The notes under the pieces: generated by a model
The model's database searches: none
The model's input: only the letters and a program-made list of their open reading frames with translations
What the model was told of the DNA's origin: nothing
Made by a program: the position numbers and the translations under genes
In this document: one piece after another, positions 42,428 to 57,489 of the stretch
Numbering within the stretch: position 1 is the stretch's first letter
Layout: every line of letters starts with the position of its first letter
Assembly: GCA_964016885.1 (NCBI GenBank)
Contig: OZ024741.1
Location: 383,780,001-383,844,000 of the forward strand
From: Eledone cirrhosa
Lineage: Eukaryota
Direction of reading: 5' to 3'
DNA: 64,000 nt

Positions 42428-42513
42428 GTAGGAGGTGAGTTTTATTGTAGTACAATAAAGCAATGCAGATATCGGATAAGAAGCACTCTACAGTTTGTAG
42501 GACTGGAGTATAC

Positions 42514-42553
<40 letters not shown>

Positions 42554-42697
42554 CATATATATATGTGTGTGTATGTGTGTGTGTAACCGTTGGTCAATCA
42601 ATGGTAAACATTGATTGCCAGATAAATTAACTATGGAGATGAAAAAGATACAGAAGCGAAAACCAATCCAAACCAAACAGTGAATGTGTTTTATTAT

Positions 42698-42910
42698 TGG
42701 CAGTATCGGTAGAGAGTCGGTCAACATGCTTTACATGCTTTGCAGCGTAGTTTTACGGTTCTTTACAGTCTGAGTTCAAATCCCGCCGTTCATCCTTACG
42801 GGGTCGATAAAATAAAGCCCCAGTAACGTACTGGACTCGATTTAATCGACTCTCCCCTCCCCCAAATTACTGGTCTTGTGCCCATACTAGAAATCATTAT
42901 TGTTATTATT
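42698..42910 (+). mobile_element. tRNA-derived SINE (family A)
   Basis: tggcagtatcggtagag, gagttcaaatcccgccg, ggggtcgataaaata and an (ATT)n-like tail. Confidence 0.85.
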
Positions 42911-42914
42911 GCTC

Positions 42915-43075
42915 AAGGGGACTGGGGTCATCCTAAGTCAATGATCCTAGAGGCATTATGATGCGTAGAACCAACCCTTCTGCATCCTCCAATGAGACGT
43001 TGAGCCACAGGAGATCTTCCTTCATGACATCCAGCCATCTGGTGCAGGGCCTGCCGCGGAGCCTCTTCCAGCCTG
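42915..43075 (-). pseudogene. RTE-type LINE 3' fragment
   Basis: Minus strand gives GWKRLRGRPCTRWLDVMKEDLLWLNVSLEDA, matching the RTE C-terminal R.RGRP..RW.D....DL motif. Confidence 0.7.
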
Positions 43076-44685
43076 TAATGTTATATAAATATTAGTACAC
43101 AAATCATCCACTCTGTACCTACTTGCATAAAATCTTTGTAAACTAGCATACCATGCTTTCAACCAACCGTATATTTGTAAGTTGATATATTCTCATCTGA
43201 TACTCTCTCTATTCTGATGTCACCTTTCTTGTATCACCTTCATGTGTGATTTTCATTGTTTATAGTGAAAATTGTTATATTACTCCGGCATAAGTTACCA
43301 AAGACAGATATATTATATGGCACTTGTACATTTCTCAATTACATTAGTAACATTATTGAACTGGGTTGTCTTCAGCGGTTAATCAAATCTTCTTGATATA
43401 TTTGTTTCGCAAAATATCAGTATCATAAATGAACAGGCTTTTATGAATAGTTTGGGATGTTTACTTACCGCTTTCATATTTATCGCTTTAGAGAAATTTT
43501 TATATTGCTTTGAATCTACATAATGTTTAACGTTCTTCAAAGACATCACAGTTGTTTCCCTACTTTTTTATAATATTGTTAATATTTTAAGTGGTACCTG
43601 GATTACTCTAGCTCTGATTACTTGCTGACTATAGAGAGTAAGCCTGACGGAATACAATTTATTTCTGACACGGTGCCCCTTCTACACACACAAACTTCCT
43701 ATATGACACCCATAAAAAAGCCATTCGACTGGCAAACTTTCATTCACGACGACCTTAAGCATATTGACACATTTTACTCTGCTCATTTCTTCTATACTTA
43801 CTAAATCAGCAAGGTGATGTTTATCTGAAATTGTTAACTGCATGTCATTACAACTACGCCCCCATCCCGCACACACCTCCCATACTCCCATTATCTACTA
43901 CTACGCATTCCCCTGACTCAGTGCATTATCCACTTAACGCAATCCTTTCTCACATTTTTCACATACGTGTTCTTAGAGTTATTCCAGTTGAACATAAACT
44001 ATATCGATCTCACCCATATCAATCACATCCCTCTTGAAAGACCCACGAACATCATGAACATTTCCTCGCCTAAAAGCAAAGCCATAAAAATATTCTTTGG
44101 TTATATCTCAAGGTTTTTTTTAAGTCAGTATAATGACATAAAAAAAAAGGTTGGCGTTGAGAAGACTTCAAAATCTGAATATTTCTTCAATTGCAGATTC
44201 GCCAGGATCATACAGAACGTAATTGGTTGCAATTTCTTACCTCATGATATCAGAGAGAAAATGAAAATAGAAGTATTTCAAACCTAAAGTAACTAGCTGA
44301 TCTAGCAAACAATATTTTGGAATTTATGTACGGGGAATTCATATAAATATTCAGTATACTCCTTTGAGAAAAAAATTCTTTGATGAAACCTATACGGTAA
44401 AACATTATTTGCAACTACCCTGCATGTAAAATATTCTTAATCATCTATACTAAACTGCAACTATACAAATACCTAATACGTTTATCAGTCTGCTGCAAAT
44501 GATAAATATAATATAGCATTTCCCAATAGTAATATGTAATTTATATCAACTTTGGAACATAAACTGTCGCTATCCAGTAAACTAAGCTTGCAATGTTAGT
44601 AAGTACTTGATACATCAGCTAGAAATAACAGCAATTTTCCCCTCAAATCACATTCTGCCAACTTACATGGACAGAACGCATGAGA

Positions 44686-44871
44686 TAATTGTTCCTACGT
44701 TTGGCATAAGGCCAGCAATTATCCCAGTGTATTACTGGTACTTTATTTTATCGACTCCGTAAGGATGAAAGGCAAAGATAACCTCGGCGGGATTTGAACT
44801 CAGACTATAAAGGGCCGTAACTCTTTGCTGCTAAGCATGGCGTCTGACCCTCTACTAAACTGCCAATCCAC
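44686..44871 (-). mobile_element. tRNA-derived SINE (family A)
   Basis: Reverse complement matches 50487-50680. Confidence 0.85.
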
Positions 44872-45869
44872 AAGATAATTAATGCTACATATACAAACAG
44901 ACGAGATGATCACACGATTGATTGTAGGTGTACACGTATTTCAGAAAAACAAAGAAAAACAAAATACAGCTTACATATCGACAAAATTAACGCCGGAATT
45001 ATGAACATTAATATCTTTAGCAGAGAAACTGTGTCTAACCATAGCGACAATACAGAGGAGGGTGGTGGAAAAGCGGAAATGATATGGCAACGAAATAAAA
45101 TGACTTGCCGTTTAACTATGTCCTTTTATGTTCAAATCCTTCCGGAGTCAACTTCATCTTTTATTCTTCCGAGATCGATATGACTCTCCTCTGTAAGTTT
45201 CAGTCTTTGATCCAATGTGAGAAATCAATGTCTAACGCATGAAATCAATTAAAATATCAATACACCGAAGAAATGTAAAGATATAAAAGCATTTCATTTA
45301 ATAGCTTCTAGGTAATATTCATATTAAAAGACAATCCTCTGTAAGCTGTGAAATATATGCCAATGCTACTCTGCAGCTTAGAATGATGTCATCTATAGTT
45401 TCATCAATAAATGAAGTTGATTATTTCCAATATTTTCCGCATTAGAAATAACCAAATTTGGATAAATCTTGTGATTAGCAAACATATTAGGAGCTGGATA
45501 AAATTGTTCTTATAGCCCTATATATCCGAACAGGCAGGGGATACAACTTCTAATGTTTCTGCCTTATTAGTCTTCATCAATAGTTATAGGGCCATTGCCG
45601 ATACTTGGGAATGTAGTAACGAGTTTACCTGATATAAATGTTCCTGAAAGACATTGAGTGGCGCCAAGAAATAAAATTAATTCATAATTTATTTAGTAGG
45701 ATACAATTGGATTACTACAAAAGTTAATTTTTTTTATATTTCCATTGATAACATATGTGGCTGCAGGTTTTAAACAACCAGTTTCAGCCTGTCATCAACT
45801 TTGGTTTATGGAACTTCATTTGAACTGATGTATCAACAGCAGCATAGAATTGATAAATGTGTCCGAACA

Positions 45870-46210
45870 CGGAAGAGCCGAACTCCCACTGTTATCGCCT
45901 CCGTCTCTCTCGCCCTCCCTATCCCTCTGTATTATGAGCAAATGGGGTCCCACGTGCTGGCCGCCCCACGGCCCCGACTGACAGAATGGAGAAGGCGTTT
46001 CCCCGGAGGATGGTAAAGAAGATGCGCTGGAAGAGCCATTCCATCTCGCGAGACTCACACCTCAGGCTAGCCAGCTCAGCGCCTATCGTGGTAAGTAGGG
46101 AGGTAGCCCTAGGGCCAAGGACACCAGAAGTCTTCACTGTTAGGGGCTCGACCGCATACCTGTCGGAGATCGAGCGATATTTGGAGAGTTTGCCCTCCTC
46201 AACCTAAAGT
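45870..46210 (-). pseudogene. CRE-like non-LTR retrotransposon, C-terminal RLE fragment
   Basis: VEEGKLSKYRSISDRYAVEPLTVKTSGVLGPRA...IGAELA...REMEWLFQRIFFTILRGNAFSIL fits the CRE-clade pattern E..K..KY...P...ET.G..G...QR...I.RGNA. Confidence 0.75.
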
Positions 46211-46399
46211 GCAGCAGAACCTGGGTTAGTACTGTTTGCAACAGATCGGGTCTATTATTTTATGATCCTGATAAGAAATTGTATCTTTGATGATGCCGTC
46301 ATAATCAGCGTCCTCTTCGTGAGGTTGTCCAAGCATTCAAATCTTCTCTTTCTCCGATACCGATACTATCCAAGAGAAAAGCAAAGACCGATATAGCTT

Positions 46400-46536
46400 C
46401 ATTTTTCTAGTTGAGTGGACTGGAGAAAGGTGAAATAAAGAATAAAGCCTAAAATGACGTACGAAAAGAGGCGCGCAGCCACGGAATCGAACACTTGATC
46501 AGATGCTAATGAACCAAACACTTTAACCATTAGGCA
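46400..46536 (-). mobile_element. Decayed tRNA-derived SINE fragment
   Basis: Minus-strand B-box GTTCGATTCC, an A-box-like gcctaatggttaa, and a downstream ctccagtccactcaact. Confidence 0.45.
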
Positions 46537-47419
46537 ATGTTACTGTGCATTGTTGTACAATCTCGGTAGATTATGATTGAGCAAGTTGATTCGATTTTCC
46601 ACTTGCATCTTATACGTATTACATTTTGTTTTTTGCACATTGAAGGTGTTGTAATAATGCATTTTATGAGGTTAGTTGTATCTGTGTATACGTTTACCAT
46701 GTTAATACATTCATTACACACATTCTAATGAAATACATTTTGTGTGTGTGCATTTCAATTAATTTTGAAAATATTCAATTATTCGGAAATTTAGTAATTT
46801 TTATTATTATTGCTATTTGCGACAGCCAACAGCTCTGTTCTTACAAAAAGTTGTGATGGCCGTTTTTAATTTAAACGTTAACATTTTAAAGCATGCTACT
46901 TTGTATCACATAATTAGAGGTGGTATCTAGAGGATTAGCATCAAAAGTGTTTCATGTTAATCTCATTTATTTTTTCATCTTCACTATTTGCTGTGGTGCT
47001 CTATTAATTTTAGGTTCTCATTCTTGGTGTCTACCTACCAGATGCATTGCATATTTTATTGATATTAGTCTGCACTGACTTTTCAGAATGCAATCTATGA
47101 TAAAAAGGCCACCACGTGTTTCTTGTAATGTTGCAATGTGAATGTCGTATGTGAAGTTTTACTTCTCTCTAGAACCGACAGAAACACCGATCGGAGGATG
47201 GTTTTCTCCGAGTATATACAGTGTGATTTAGAAAAAACTGGCCCCATTTTTATTTTTATCTCGTGGGAGGGTCTTTATTGTCTGCTTTTGACCTTGTAGA
47301 TATATATGCTCTAATGTACACTTTTGCGTTGATGATGGAACAGTTAGGAAGTGTGCAGGTCTTGATAAGAATATCCTCAAGGAATGTTCGGAATGGCCAG
47401 CTGTGTGTTCAGGCCCTCC

Positions 47420-47690
47420 CTATGGATTGTTTATCAGATGTCACATGTAGACAATGTAGCTCCTAGTATATCGGAAGTACCGTTCAAAGACTGCACAAAT
47501 GGACCAAAAAGCACATGACAACGAGAGCTTCATCCGTCAAAAAGCATCTTGATAAATGCCGCCTCTGTTACATAGAAGCGACAGAAAGGAATGTGGGAAA
47601 TTTAAGAAATAAAATGGCTTTAATCATCAATACCTAACAGCCATAAATAAACAATAGATCAAGCATATATGGAGCTGAGCGGGCTTATGT
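47420..47690 (+). pseudogene. Decayed PLE GIY-YIG remnant
   Basis: TCRQCSS*YIGSTVQRLHKWTKKHMTTRASSVKKHLDKC follows the CxxC-YIG-T-R-H pattern with an in-frame stop. Confidence 0.7.
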
Positions 47691-47904
47691 GACTGTTCCA
47701 CGCATGCGCAGTCCAGATACTTGGACCAGTTAAGGAGAACCATCGTTCGTTTTTGTTTTGCATTTGAAAAGAGGTTGTTACCTTTGAAATATTGTTGAAA
47801 TATACTGGGTAAAAGAAACATTATTTTGTTTTGTTACATCTGTTATACTTTGCCCTTGATATATTTCTACCGCATTGTTTCGACTTTCTGATGTACGTAT
47901 GAAT

Positions 47905-49149
<1,245 letters not shown>

Positions 49150-49459
49150 CGTAAGAAAAGCAAATTGTTTAAATAGATAATAACGATGTAGTGCAGTTAA
49201 AGTTTGTCGTCATTGTATGACGCCCATGGTAATTACTAACACACAGTAATAATTACGAGAGACTTGTGCAAGTACTAAACCACTAAAAAACTAATAACTA
49301 AGACACAACACTGCTGTTACTAACGGTCACTGACTTTAATAAGGTGAAGTATTGTGCTTCCAGCGTTGTACGTCTGTAGGGCTGATTGACTGAACAACTG
49401 CAAGATTAGTTAACGGCTCTAAAGGCTCTATAATTGTAAGGTTTTAAATGTGCACGTTA

Positions 49460-50300
49460 CGTCAACTGTAAGGTTGTGTAGTTGTAGAGTGGGTCAGCGT
49501 TTCTGTTGTGGTCAACTGTAGTGCTGTGAGGTTGTTCGGTTGGTCAACTGCATGGTGGTGTAGTCATACATTTAGTCAACTGTATAGGTATATAATTGTA
49601 AGATATTTTGTGGTCAACTGTAACTATATATAGTTGTACTGCTGGTCAACTATAACTATGTATATTTGTACGGCTGGCTATCTATAAAGTTATAGTTTTA
49701 GGGCTGGCCAACTATAAATTCATATAGTTTTACGGCTGGTCAACTATAAATTTATATAGCTGTACGGCTGGTAAACTTTTGTGTTGTAAGGTGGTATAGT
49801 TATACATCTAGTCAACTACATAGTTATATAATAGTAAAATTTGGGGGATGGTCAGTTTTATGATTATATAGTTATAAGGCTGGTCAAATTTATTGTGGGA
49901 ATGCTGGTCAGTTGTATGGTTGTATAAATATACCGCTGATTAGCTGTACTCTGGTGTATTTAGTTGTACGACTGGTCAACTGTACTTTTGCATAGATAGT
50001 TGCACGACTGGTCAACTATAGTGTTGTATAGATAATTGTATGTCTGATCAACTGTACGTTTGAATAATCATACAGCTGATCAACTGAGCTGTTGTAAGGC
50101 TGGTCAACTGAGCTGTTGTTCAGCTGGTCAACTGAGCTGTTATATGGAGGGTCAAATGTACTGTTATACGGGGGGGGGGGTCAACTGTGCTGTTGTACGT
50201 TTGGTCAGTTGTATAGTTGTATATTTATATGGCTATTCAACAGTATTGTGGTTGGGCTAGTCAGCTGTATGGTTGTATATTTTTATGGATGGCCACATGC
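49460..50300. repeat. Degenerate minisatellite built on gctggtcaactg/ta
   Basis: ggtcaact and variants recur many times at ~20-35-bp spacing. Confidence 0.75.
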
Positions 50301-50486
50301 ATTGTTATGCAGCTTCTCGGCTGCTGGGCGAAATTCCGATGCTGAAAAGGGATTTTCTACCCCTGATATTGGCACTCACTCCTTGGTTTATCAGGGTATA
50401 CAGATATCAAATCGAATTAAAACTAAGAAAATAATATATTCATATGGATGTTTCTATAATTCTATATCATTATTTTAAATATTTGA

Positions 50487-50680
50487 AGGGCGGTGGATTG
50501 GCAGTATCGGTAGAGGGTCGGACGACATGCTTTGCAGCAAAGAGTTACGGTCCTTTATGATCTGAGTTCAAATCCCGCCGAGGTTGACTTTGCCTTTCAT
50601 CCTTACGGGGTCGATAAAATAAAGTACCAGTAATGCACTGGGTAATTGCTGACCTTGTGCCTAAAGTAGAAACAATTATT
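50487..50680 (+). mobile_element. tRNA-derived SINE (family A), best-preserved copy
   Basis: A-box-like TGGCAGTATCGG and B-box GAGTTCAAATCC. About 6 copies are present in the window. Confidence 0.88.
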
Positions 50681-51169
50681 TAAAATATTTGATAAAAGAA
50701 GTATTTTTCATTCAAAACATTTGAAATGCCTTACTAGAATATTAACCTTCTTGCTGGAATATCTTTTTTTTTCTTCATTGATTCAAACATAATTCCCGAA
50801 ACTGGTAAACAAGTCAATACTGGTATCGATAATTTTATATATTTTATACGAAAATTTTAATCAGAAGGAAAAACCGGTTATAAAATCAATAATAAAGGTG
50901 TTATCGTCCATAGCGATATCATTTTAAAAGTATCAAAATATGAGTTAAATATGAGTTAAAATATCGATTATAATTTTAAATAATAATAATATTGCAATAT
51001 TTACATATCATTATAAATATATATAGTTAGTTATATATAAAGTGGCCACCTTTTAAATTCCCTTGGGTAAAGCCCTACAACTATTTTAGTAATTATGACT
51101 TAAAATCACGGTTGCTTCAGATTTTATTAGGGTATATATTTTGCAAGCCTATGTGTGGAGTCATACATT

Positions 51170-51565
51170 ACCAGTAAACAAGCCAAAATTTGAACGCTAG
51201 ACAGTTCCTGCAGAAAGCTTGAAACACTCTCTCTAAACAATGTGACGTGGAAATTGTCTTATACGAAGATGAAGTTAAATGAATCATGCATAACCAAGCA
51301 ACCAACCGTAAAAAGACATATAGGTATGAGGGAGTGTCAGTTCAAACATCGCTTCTTTAACCACGAAATGTATTTCAAATACTCTGACAAACAAAATGCA
51401 ACAAATTAGACAGCCATATGCAAGAAATGAAAGTTTACATATAGATTACATAATTACGATCATTCTAAATAAGCTGAAGGCCTAAAAGAAACTGCTTCAG
51501 TTAGCTACAGACGGACTACCTTAACATGTGCCCTCACATAAGAAAGTTCCTTATAAGCAATGAAA
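51170..51565 (+). pseudogene. Decayed PLE GIY-YIG remnant (Naiad/Chlamys-like)
   Basis: KRHIGMRECQFKHRFFNHEMYFKYSDKQNATN and terminal TCPHIRKFLISN resemble YIG..E..FK.R..NH...F and C.H..KFL..N. Confidence 0.6.
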
Positions 51566-51938
51566 GCTGCCACCCATACCTTGATAGCACCCAATTCGTA
51601 CAAACTGATTTGATAGGCATACCTACTAACATAACATTTTTACACACCATTGCCACTTATACTAAAAGGGTTATCCACACACAAACAGAATATACTATCC
51701 TTAGAAATGGATACATCCACACAAAAAAGACATACTTCAGCAAGCTTACCTCCACTAATATTCAACATGTAATGATGAAAAGGCCAATGTATGTACACAT
51801 GTTCATATACATATGTGTGTACATATTTGTGGATGCATATGGTAGTGGGTACAGATAGTGTTGGGGGAAGTGCACCAACTCTACATGACATCTGTATGTG
51901 TGGGTTTTTTGTGTGCTGAGTCTATGAATGTATGCTAG

Positions 51939-52003
<65 letters not shown>

Positions 52004-53582
52004 ACGCGTGTGTGTGTGTTTATATGAGTGTATTGGCAGGTATGATCACGTTCAAGTTTGTCTGAGTACTCAATACTGTATTATTTATTTATATACTCAA
52101 ATATACTGTATATTTATTTATATCGATATAACCCAAATCATCACACACACTAAAAATATCTTCTATATCCCCCCTTCCCAGCACAAGTAAAGCTACATCC
52201 ACAAATCGTTGTATATAATCCTTTCCTTAAGAATGTGAAGCCTTGACTTCATCATAGCTTTTCTATATTTTTCCTTTTCAGTTTCACAATTAATCTTTTA
52301 TTTCGAGAATATAATTACCTAAAAATTATTGAACAGTATCTAATAAAAACAGAATACACTATTAAAGGGAACAAAAAAAAGGAAGGGGAAAAAAGAAATG
52401 AAAAGAAGAAAAACAAAAAGAATCAAGCAATGCAGGAAAGGAAGAGGGGAAGAATAAAAACTACACCTCAGTCTGAGTGGTACCTCAGCCGCGTCTCGCA
52501 GACAATATGGCTTTTCCATTATGTACGTTAATGCATTGAGTCGACACAAATAAGACGCCGAAAAAAACATAAGTTATTATAGAAAATATATAGTGTGTGG
52601 ATTCACAACATAATCGGAAATACGTAGGTAAATCTGACGTTCTGATTTGAAATGAAATCAGAACATTATTAGTTTTTACGAATAGTTTTTTAACCTATGA
52701 AAACAAAACACAAAAGCAAATGTATCAATTGTTTATAAGTATTCTTCTCTACTGTTATAAACTTTTCGTAGTATTTTATGAAAATCTTCTGAAAATATCT
52801 CACCACCAAAGAAACATTTCCGAAATAGTGTGTTATAATTATAGAGAAGGGAATTGCTAAAATTGAAATAAATTAAATTGTTAAAAATTGATTGAAAAAA
52901 GTAAATGTTGTTTTGTAATTATTTGATGAAGAAATGAGAGAACAGTATAAAACATTTCCAGCAAGAGTTCTCTTCATTGCAAAGGATACAGAAAACACAA
53001 TGATAAATGAGTTTAAATGATAAAGACATTTATTATTACTAGCCTAATACCCATGAAAATTATGAGGTTTATAGTAGAATATATTAATTTATAATCCCTT
53101 GCTTAAATATTCCTGGATTTTCTTGTCTCCCTCTTGTTACTTCGACCATCGCAGTAATTCATTTTACATTCATTTTCAGCATCCTTATGTTTGATAATCA
53201 TTAACAAAAATATGTACACTAAATTACCTATTTTCAGATTGCAATTATGATTCGTGTTGTGTTGTTCATAGATAGACAGATAAATAAATGGACAGGCAGG
53301 TAGAAAGATGGATACGTAGCTATACATTTACGTGTATATATATATAGAGAGAGAGCGGGGGGGGGGGGGGGCAAGGGGAGAGTGAGATAGAGATAAACAG
53401 AGACAGATAGATAAAAGAAAATTGATAGTCAATTAGATAGATAGATACATACATACAGATTGATAAGTAGGTACGTATGTAGGTATGTATATAGGCACAT
53501 ACATACATACATACATACATACATACATACATACATACATACATACATACATACATACATACATACATACATACATACATAC

Positions 53583-54330
53583 ATGGTGGCTGCCAACTCG
53601 TTTTCGAGTACGGCCACCACTTTATATCCATGTAGGAGAACCCCTACCGATGCGCTGAACGACTGTGACTTTTTAGTTCAGCCAGCGACTTGAAAACTCT
53701 GGTACAAACACTACACTTGTGACAGGTCACCACTTGGTGCTACTGGTAACATGTATCCCAGTACAACCTGTCTCATGGTCGGGTCGTTGGCGACTAAACT
53801 GGCAACCCCACCAAGGTTTCTTGGTGAGGAGGGTGACTTTGGACATCCTGCAGGACTAAAAACAAAACCTGTCGAAGGGCAAAGGAGCTCTTAAGAGTCA
53901 ATGGCCATCCAAAATCACTGGGAGAGATGACCCCTTAGCCTTTGTCAAGGCAGAATTCTAAGAGAAGGAAAACTCTGATATAACACCTGCAACCCTGATG
54001 GTATCCAATGATGTTGACTTGTTCTTCTTTTTGGTAAATATCATCTTGGTTAAGAGAGTGGGACTGGCTTTGTGCAGTGCCTTTGCTCACTATAAAAGCT
54101 TCACGGCACAGGCATTGCTTTATATCTGGAGATCTCTCTGCACTTGTCGTCACATGGTACCATGAGCCCAGCACTATGTGTCAATAATTGTCACAAGTGT
54201 AGTGTTTGTACCAGAGTTTTCAAGTCGCTGGCTGAACTAAAAAGTCACAGTCGTTCAGCGCATCGGTAGGGGTTCTCCTACATGGATATAAAGTGGTGGC
54301 CGTACTCGAAAACGAGTTGGCAGCCACCAT
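53583..54330 (+). mobile_element. ~610-bp non-autonomous RTE-derived element with a 142-bp inverted copy of its 3' end
   Basis: 53722-54330 is the reverse complement of 59475-60084. 54177-54269 encodes a terminal C2H2 finger CSVCTRVFKSLAELKSHSRSAH. 53583-53724 and 54189-54330 form a perfect inverted repeat. Confidence 0.75.
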
Positions 54331-55479
54331 ATAGGCACATAGGTAACTAAACAGAGAAATAGACAGTTGTATTGTCCAAAGCTAGATAGATGCATTGCCA
54401 GGTAGATATGGATGATAGTTGTTCTATTACTGACCAGTTTGTCAATACTGAGAGTGAGAGGCGTAGCGACGACAATATTACCTTTTCCAAATTAATTTTG
54501 ACGCGATTCGGGGATTGTTTTAAATCCCCTAGCCAGTCTTTCCCGTGGGACTTTGGTCCAAGGCCTATGAATAATTTCTAGAAATCCCTGGCCTAGCAGT
54601 GCTATCGGAGTGCATTCCCAGTTCGAGATAAACTCTACAGCCTTAGAAGTGCCGTCAGTCAGGCCTGTCTGAGATGCGTGCAAGGCGACGAAACTGTTCT
54701 ACATTCAATATCCGAGTTTTGCTAACGTATGGATTTATATCGAACACCTACTATTGTAAGAAGGGCGGATCCGGCTATTATCTGAGTCCATCGTAAAGAT
54801 CGCCCCACCGCCTTCCTTTAGCCGCCAAGGACAGGCCTAGTGGCCATGACAAAAGAGGTAATGTGGTAGACACTTTGAAAGTGTTGAAGACAAACACTTT
54901 TCTCATCGGTGAAGCCCTGATTAACTTTTCAGGTTTCACTTGAAGAGAAAAATCAGTGTGGAGAGGGAAGTGCTTAGTGTCAATCCTTTCAAACGTGTCC
55001 ACCACATTAGGTTTTACAATTAGGATAAAAAGTTTACGACAAATCGATCTTTTCTGCTCTTTGTATTTTAGATCTTGTTATTTTTCTGTCCTCTCGCATT
55101 CTTTGTCGTCTGTCAATCTTGACTGAAACGTGAAAGCAACTTCTATATTGGGCGTGAATCGTCAATTTAGCTATCCGTTTTAATCTTTTCAATCTGAAGT
55201 ACGTTTACGTCGTTATTTACAAGAACGGGTTCTGGTTTTCGGTCATAGCACTTTCCACATTCTCAACGTCAAGTCTTTTACTAATTTGCCAGTATAAGAT
55301 TATAGCAACTTTGTCATATCTCTACTTCTCGTAATCCTATTGAGCAACCGTTTTAGAAACTATATAAGCTACCGCCTCTTCTCTTTCAACATACATTTTA
55401 CATGTAGCTTAAGTGGAAGCAGCGATAATAATAATAACATACAAACGAAGATCAAAGACAATCGATCAGATATAATAAT

Positions 55480-56420
55480 GGACAGTTAATACAAATAACC
55501 TAGATATATGAACAAAAAAAAACAATTGTTTAATGTCTTCACGTATGCCAACAAATTTAAAACAGAAGCTGTATTGACAGGTAATTGTGTGGAAAACGAA
55601 CACAAAGGAGAAACAACAACAATTGTGGAAACGATAAAATCTAAATTGAAAATAGACCTGAAAAATACCATGCTGAAAGTATGGCATGAAAAACCCTGCA
55701 TTGCCAGTATTCGAAAAAGCTGAACAGGAGGAAATGGATAAGCACAATTCGCGAAACTGGAGACTGAAGGATTTCTACTTGCAGCATAGGAACAAAACCT
55801 CCTCACCAGAAACCACGAAAAGTACATAATGAAAGAGAACATAGTAACTACATAATATGTATAGGCGGCGGGAAGAAATGTTAACCATAGTGTCTAGCTG
55901 CCCTGTCTTGGTCCAAACATGTATCCACAGACACGATGAAGTTGATATTTACATACACAGGAAGTTATGCAAACATTACGAAATACCAACAGAACACAGA
56001 TGGTACAGACGCACGCCAAAAAAGGTGTCAGAAATTGACCAAACAACCATTTTCTGGGATATTCCAATACACAAAACCAACCAACCAGGTAGTATAGTCA
56101 AAAACCACAGAGACAAATATGTCTTCTAACTGACGTATCAAATCCTACAGACGAGAATATAGCCATCAAGAAAATGGAAATATTATTCAAATATAAAGAC
56201 CTGGAGATAAAAATAGCCCGAATGGGATAATGAAAATAGATACAATCCCTGTAATAATTGCTCCAGGGATAATAAACACACATACAGGGAGAGAGAGAGA
56301 GGGGAGAGAGAAAGAGGGAGAGTGTGGGAGACAGAGAGATACATAACCAAGGCTCCAAGACTTACAAATGTATGCAGCACATCAAAATAGCACTACACAA
56401 ATTACAGGGCGTATTCTCAA
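55480..56420 (+). pseudogene. Decayed R4/Dong-like RLE retrotransposon C-terminal fragment
   Basis: Fragments ETEGFLLAA*EQNL, IVSSCPVL..IHRHDEV, TIFWDIPI and KYKDLEIKIARM are colinear with the 63 kb element. Confidence 0.8.
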
Positions 56421-57489
56421 TACAACACAAACAACATCGACAACTACTTTGCGTACACCTAAGACGAACAGAACTGTGCTCGAAAATGAAGTGACGATAT
56501 GCAATAAAAATAAGACTAATAAGAATTAGTATTGTTCCATTATTGGCCACTAGGGTCGAATATCAAGGGACAATACAAAAGAAAAAAGCAGTGCGGATTT
56601 ATATATAATAAATCGTGTGAACAGAGAAAAAGGTAACAAAATAACAAGTAGTTTAGGAACCTCACATATCCTAAACCACCCTAATTGCCAAGAGCACCCT
56701 AGGAAGGTGCTCTCTTCCTCTCTCAATTTTCCAGCTTGCAGGTGCTTGCTCTAAATAAGCCCGTTTACTCGAGTCATCCTCACTACATTCACCTAGATTT
56801 TAACATATATACTGGGAAATATGCTGTCCACCAAGCAAATCTAAAAAAATTAGATATGAGCTTGACCGAAGAGAAACGTGTCTGTTTTCAGTCCTTTCAG
56901 TTCCATCCACAAAGGAAAACTTCCTGCACTTCATCTCCAAAATAAGATGCTGAAAAAATGTTCACGATTGATTCGGCCGATAGCCGGATCCGTCGAAGGC
57001 GCGATAATAGTTGTTCGACAAACCTCAAAAATTCAGCAATGTTCGGACAATGGGCGAGTACAGGGATTCTCTGTTTTTTCAGGAGTGTGTGTTTTTGAGA
57101 GCCAAAATATTTTTGTGTGTTTTCGTTTTGTTTCTTCGGTTTAACGGGGTCCCCTCATCTTCACTTCGAGATGAGGTGGTACCGATGTTTGCAGCATCTG
57201 TCTCGGATACGGGTGGGAATGTGTTTGTTTGTGTAAGTATCTATGTGTGTGTTTGTGTTTAGATGACACGGATACAGAGAGGGACAGCATGGAAGACACG
57301 AAAGATGTTGTTTTTCTTTTTCTTGTAGGTAGTTGTTGTGATGCTTCTGATACTGCTGATGGTGGCAGTGTTGTTGCTGTTGTTGGTGGTGGTGCTGCAG
57401 TTGTTTGTTTTGCAGTCACTGTTGTTGATGTTGCTGATGCTACCGAGATTCGTGCCGCTGTTGTTGTTGATCAACGTTGGTGTTGATGC

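Noticed and set aside
45566-45650. Possible minus-strand terminal exon (ctttcag acceptor, GTFISGKLVTTFPSIGNGPITIDED*)
   Set aside because: It is short, has no recognisable homology and no partner exons, so it cannot be supported without RNA-seq.
50487-50600. tRNA gene
   Set aside because: A and B boxes are present but there is no cloverleaf. It continues into a repeated SINE body.
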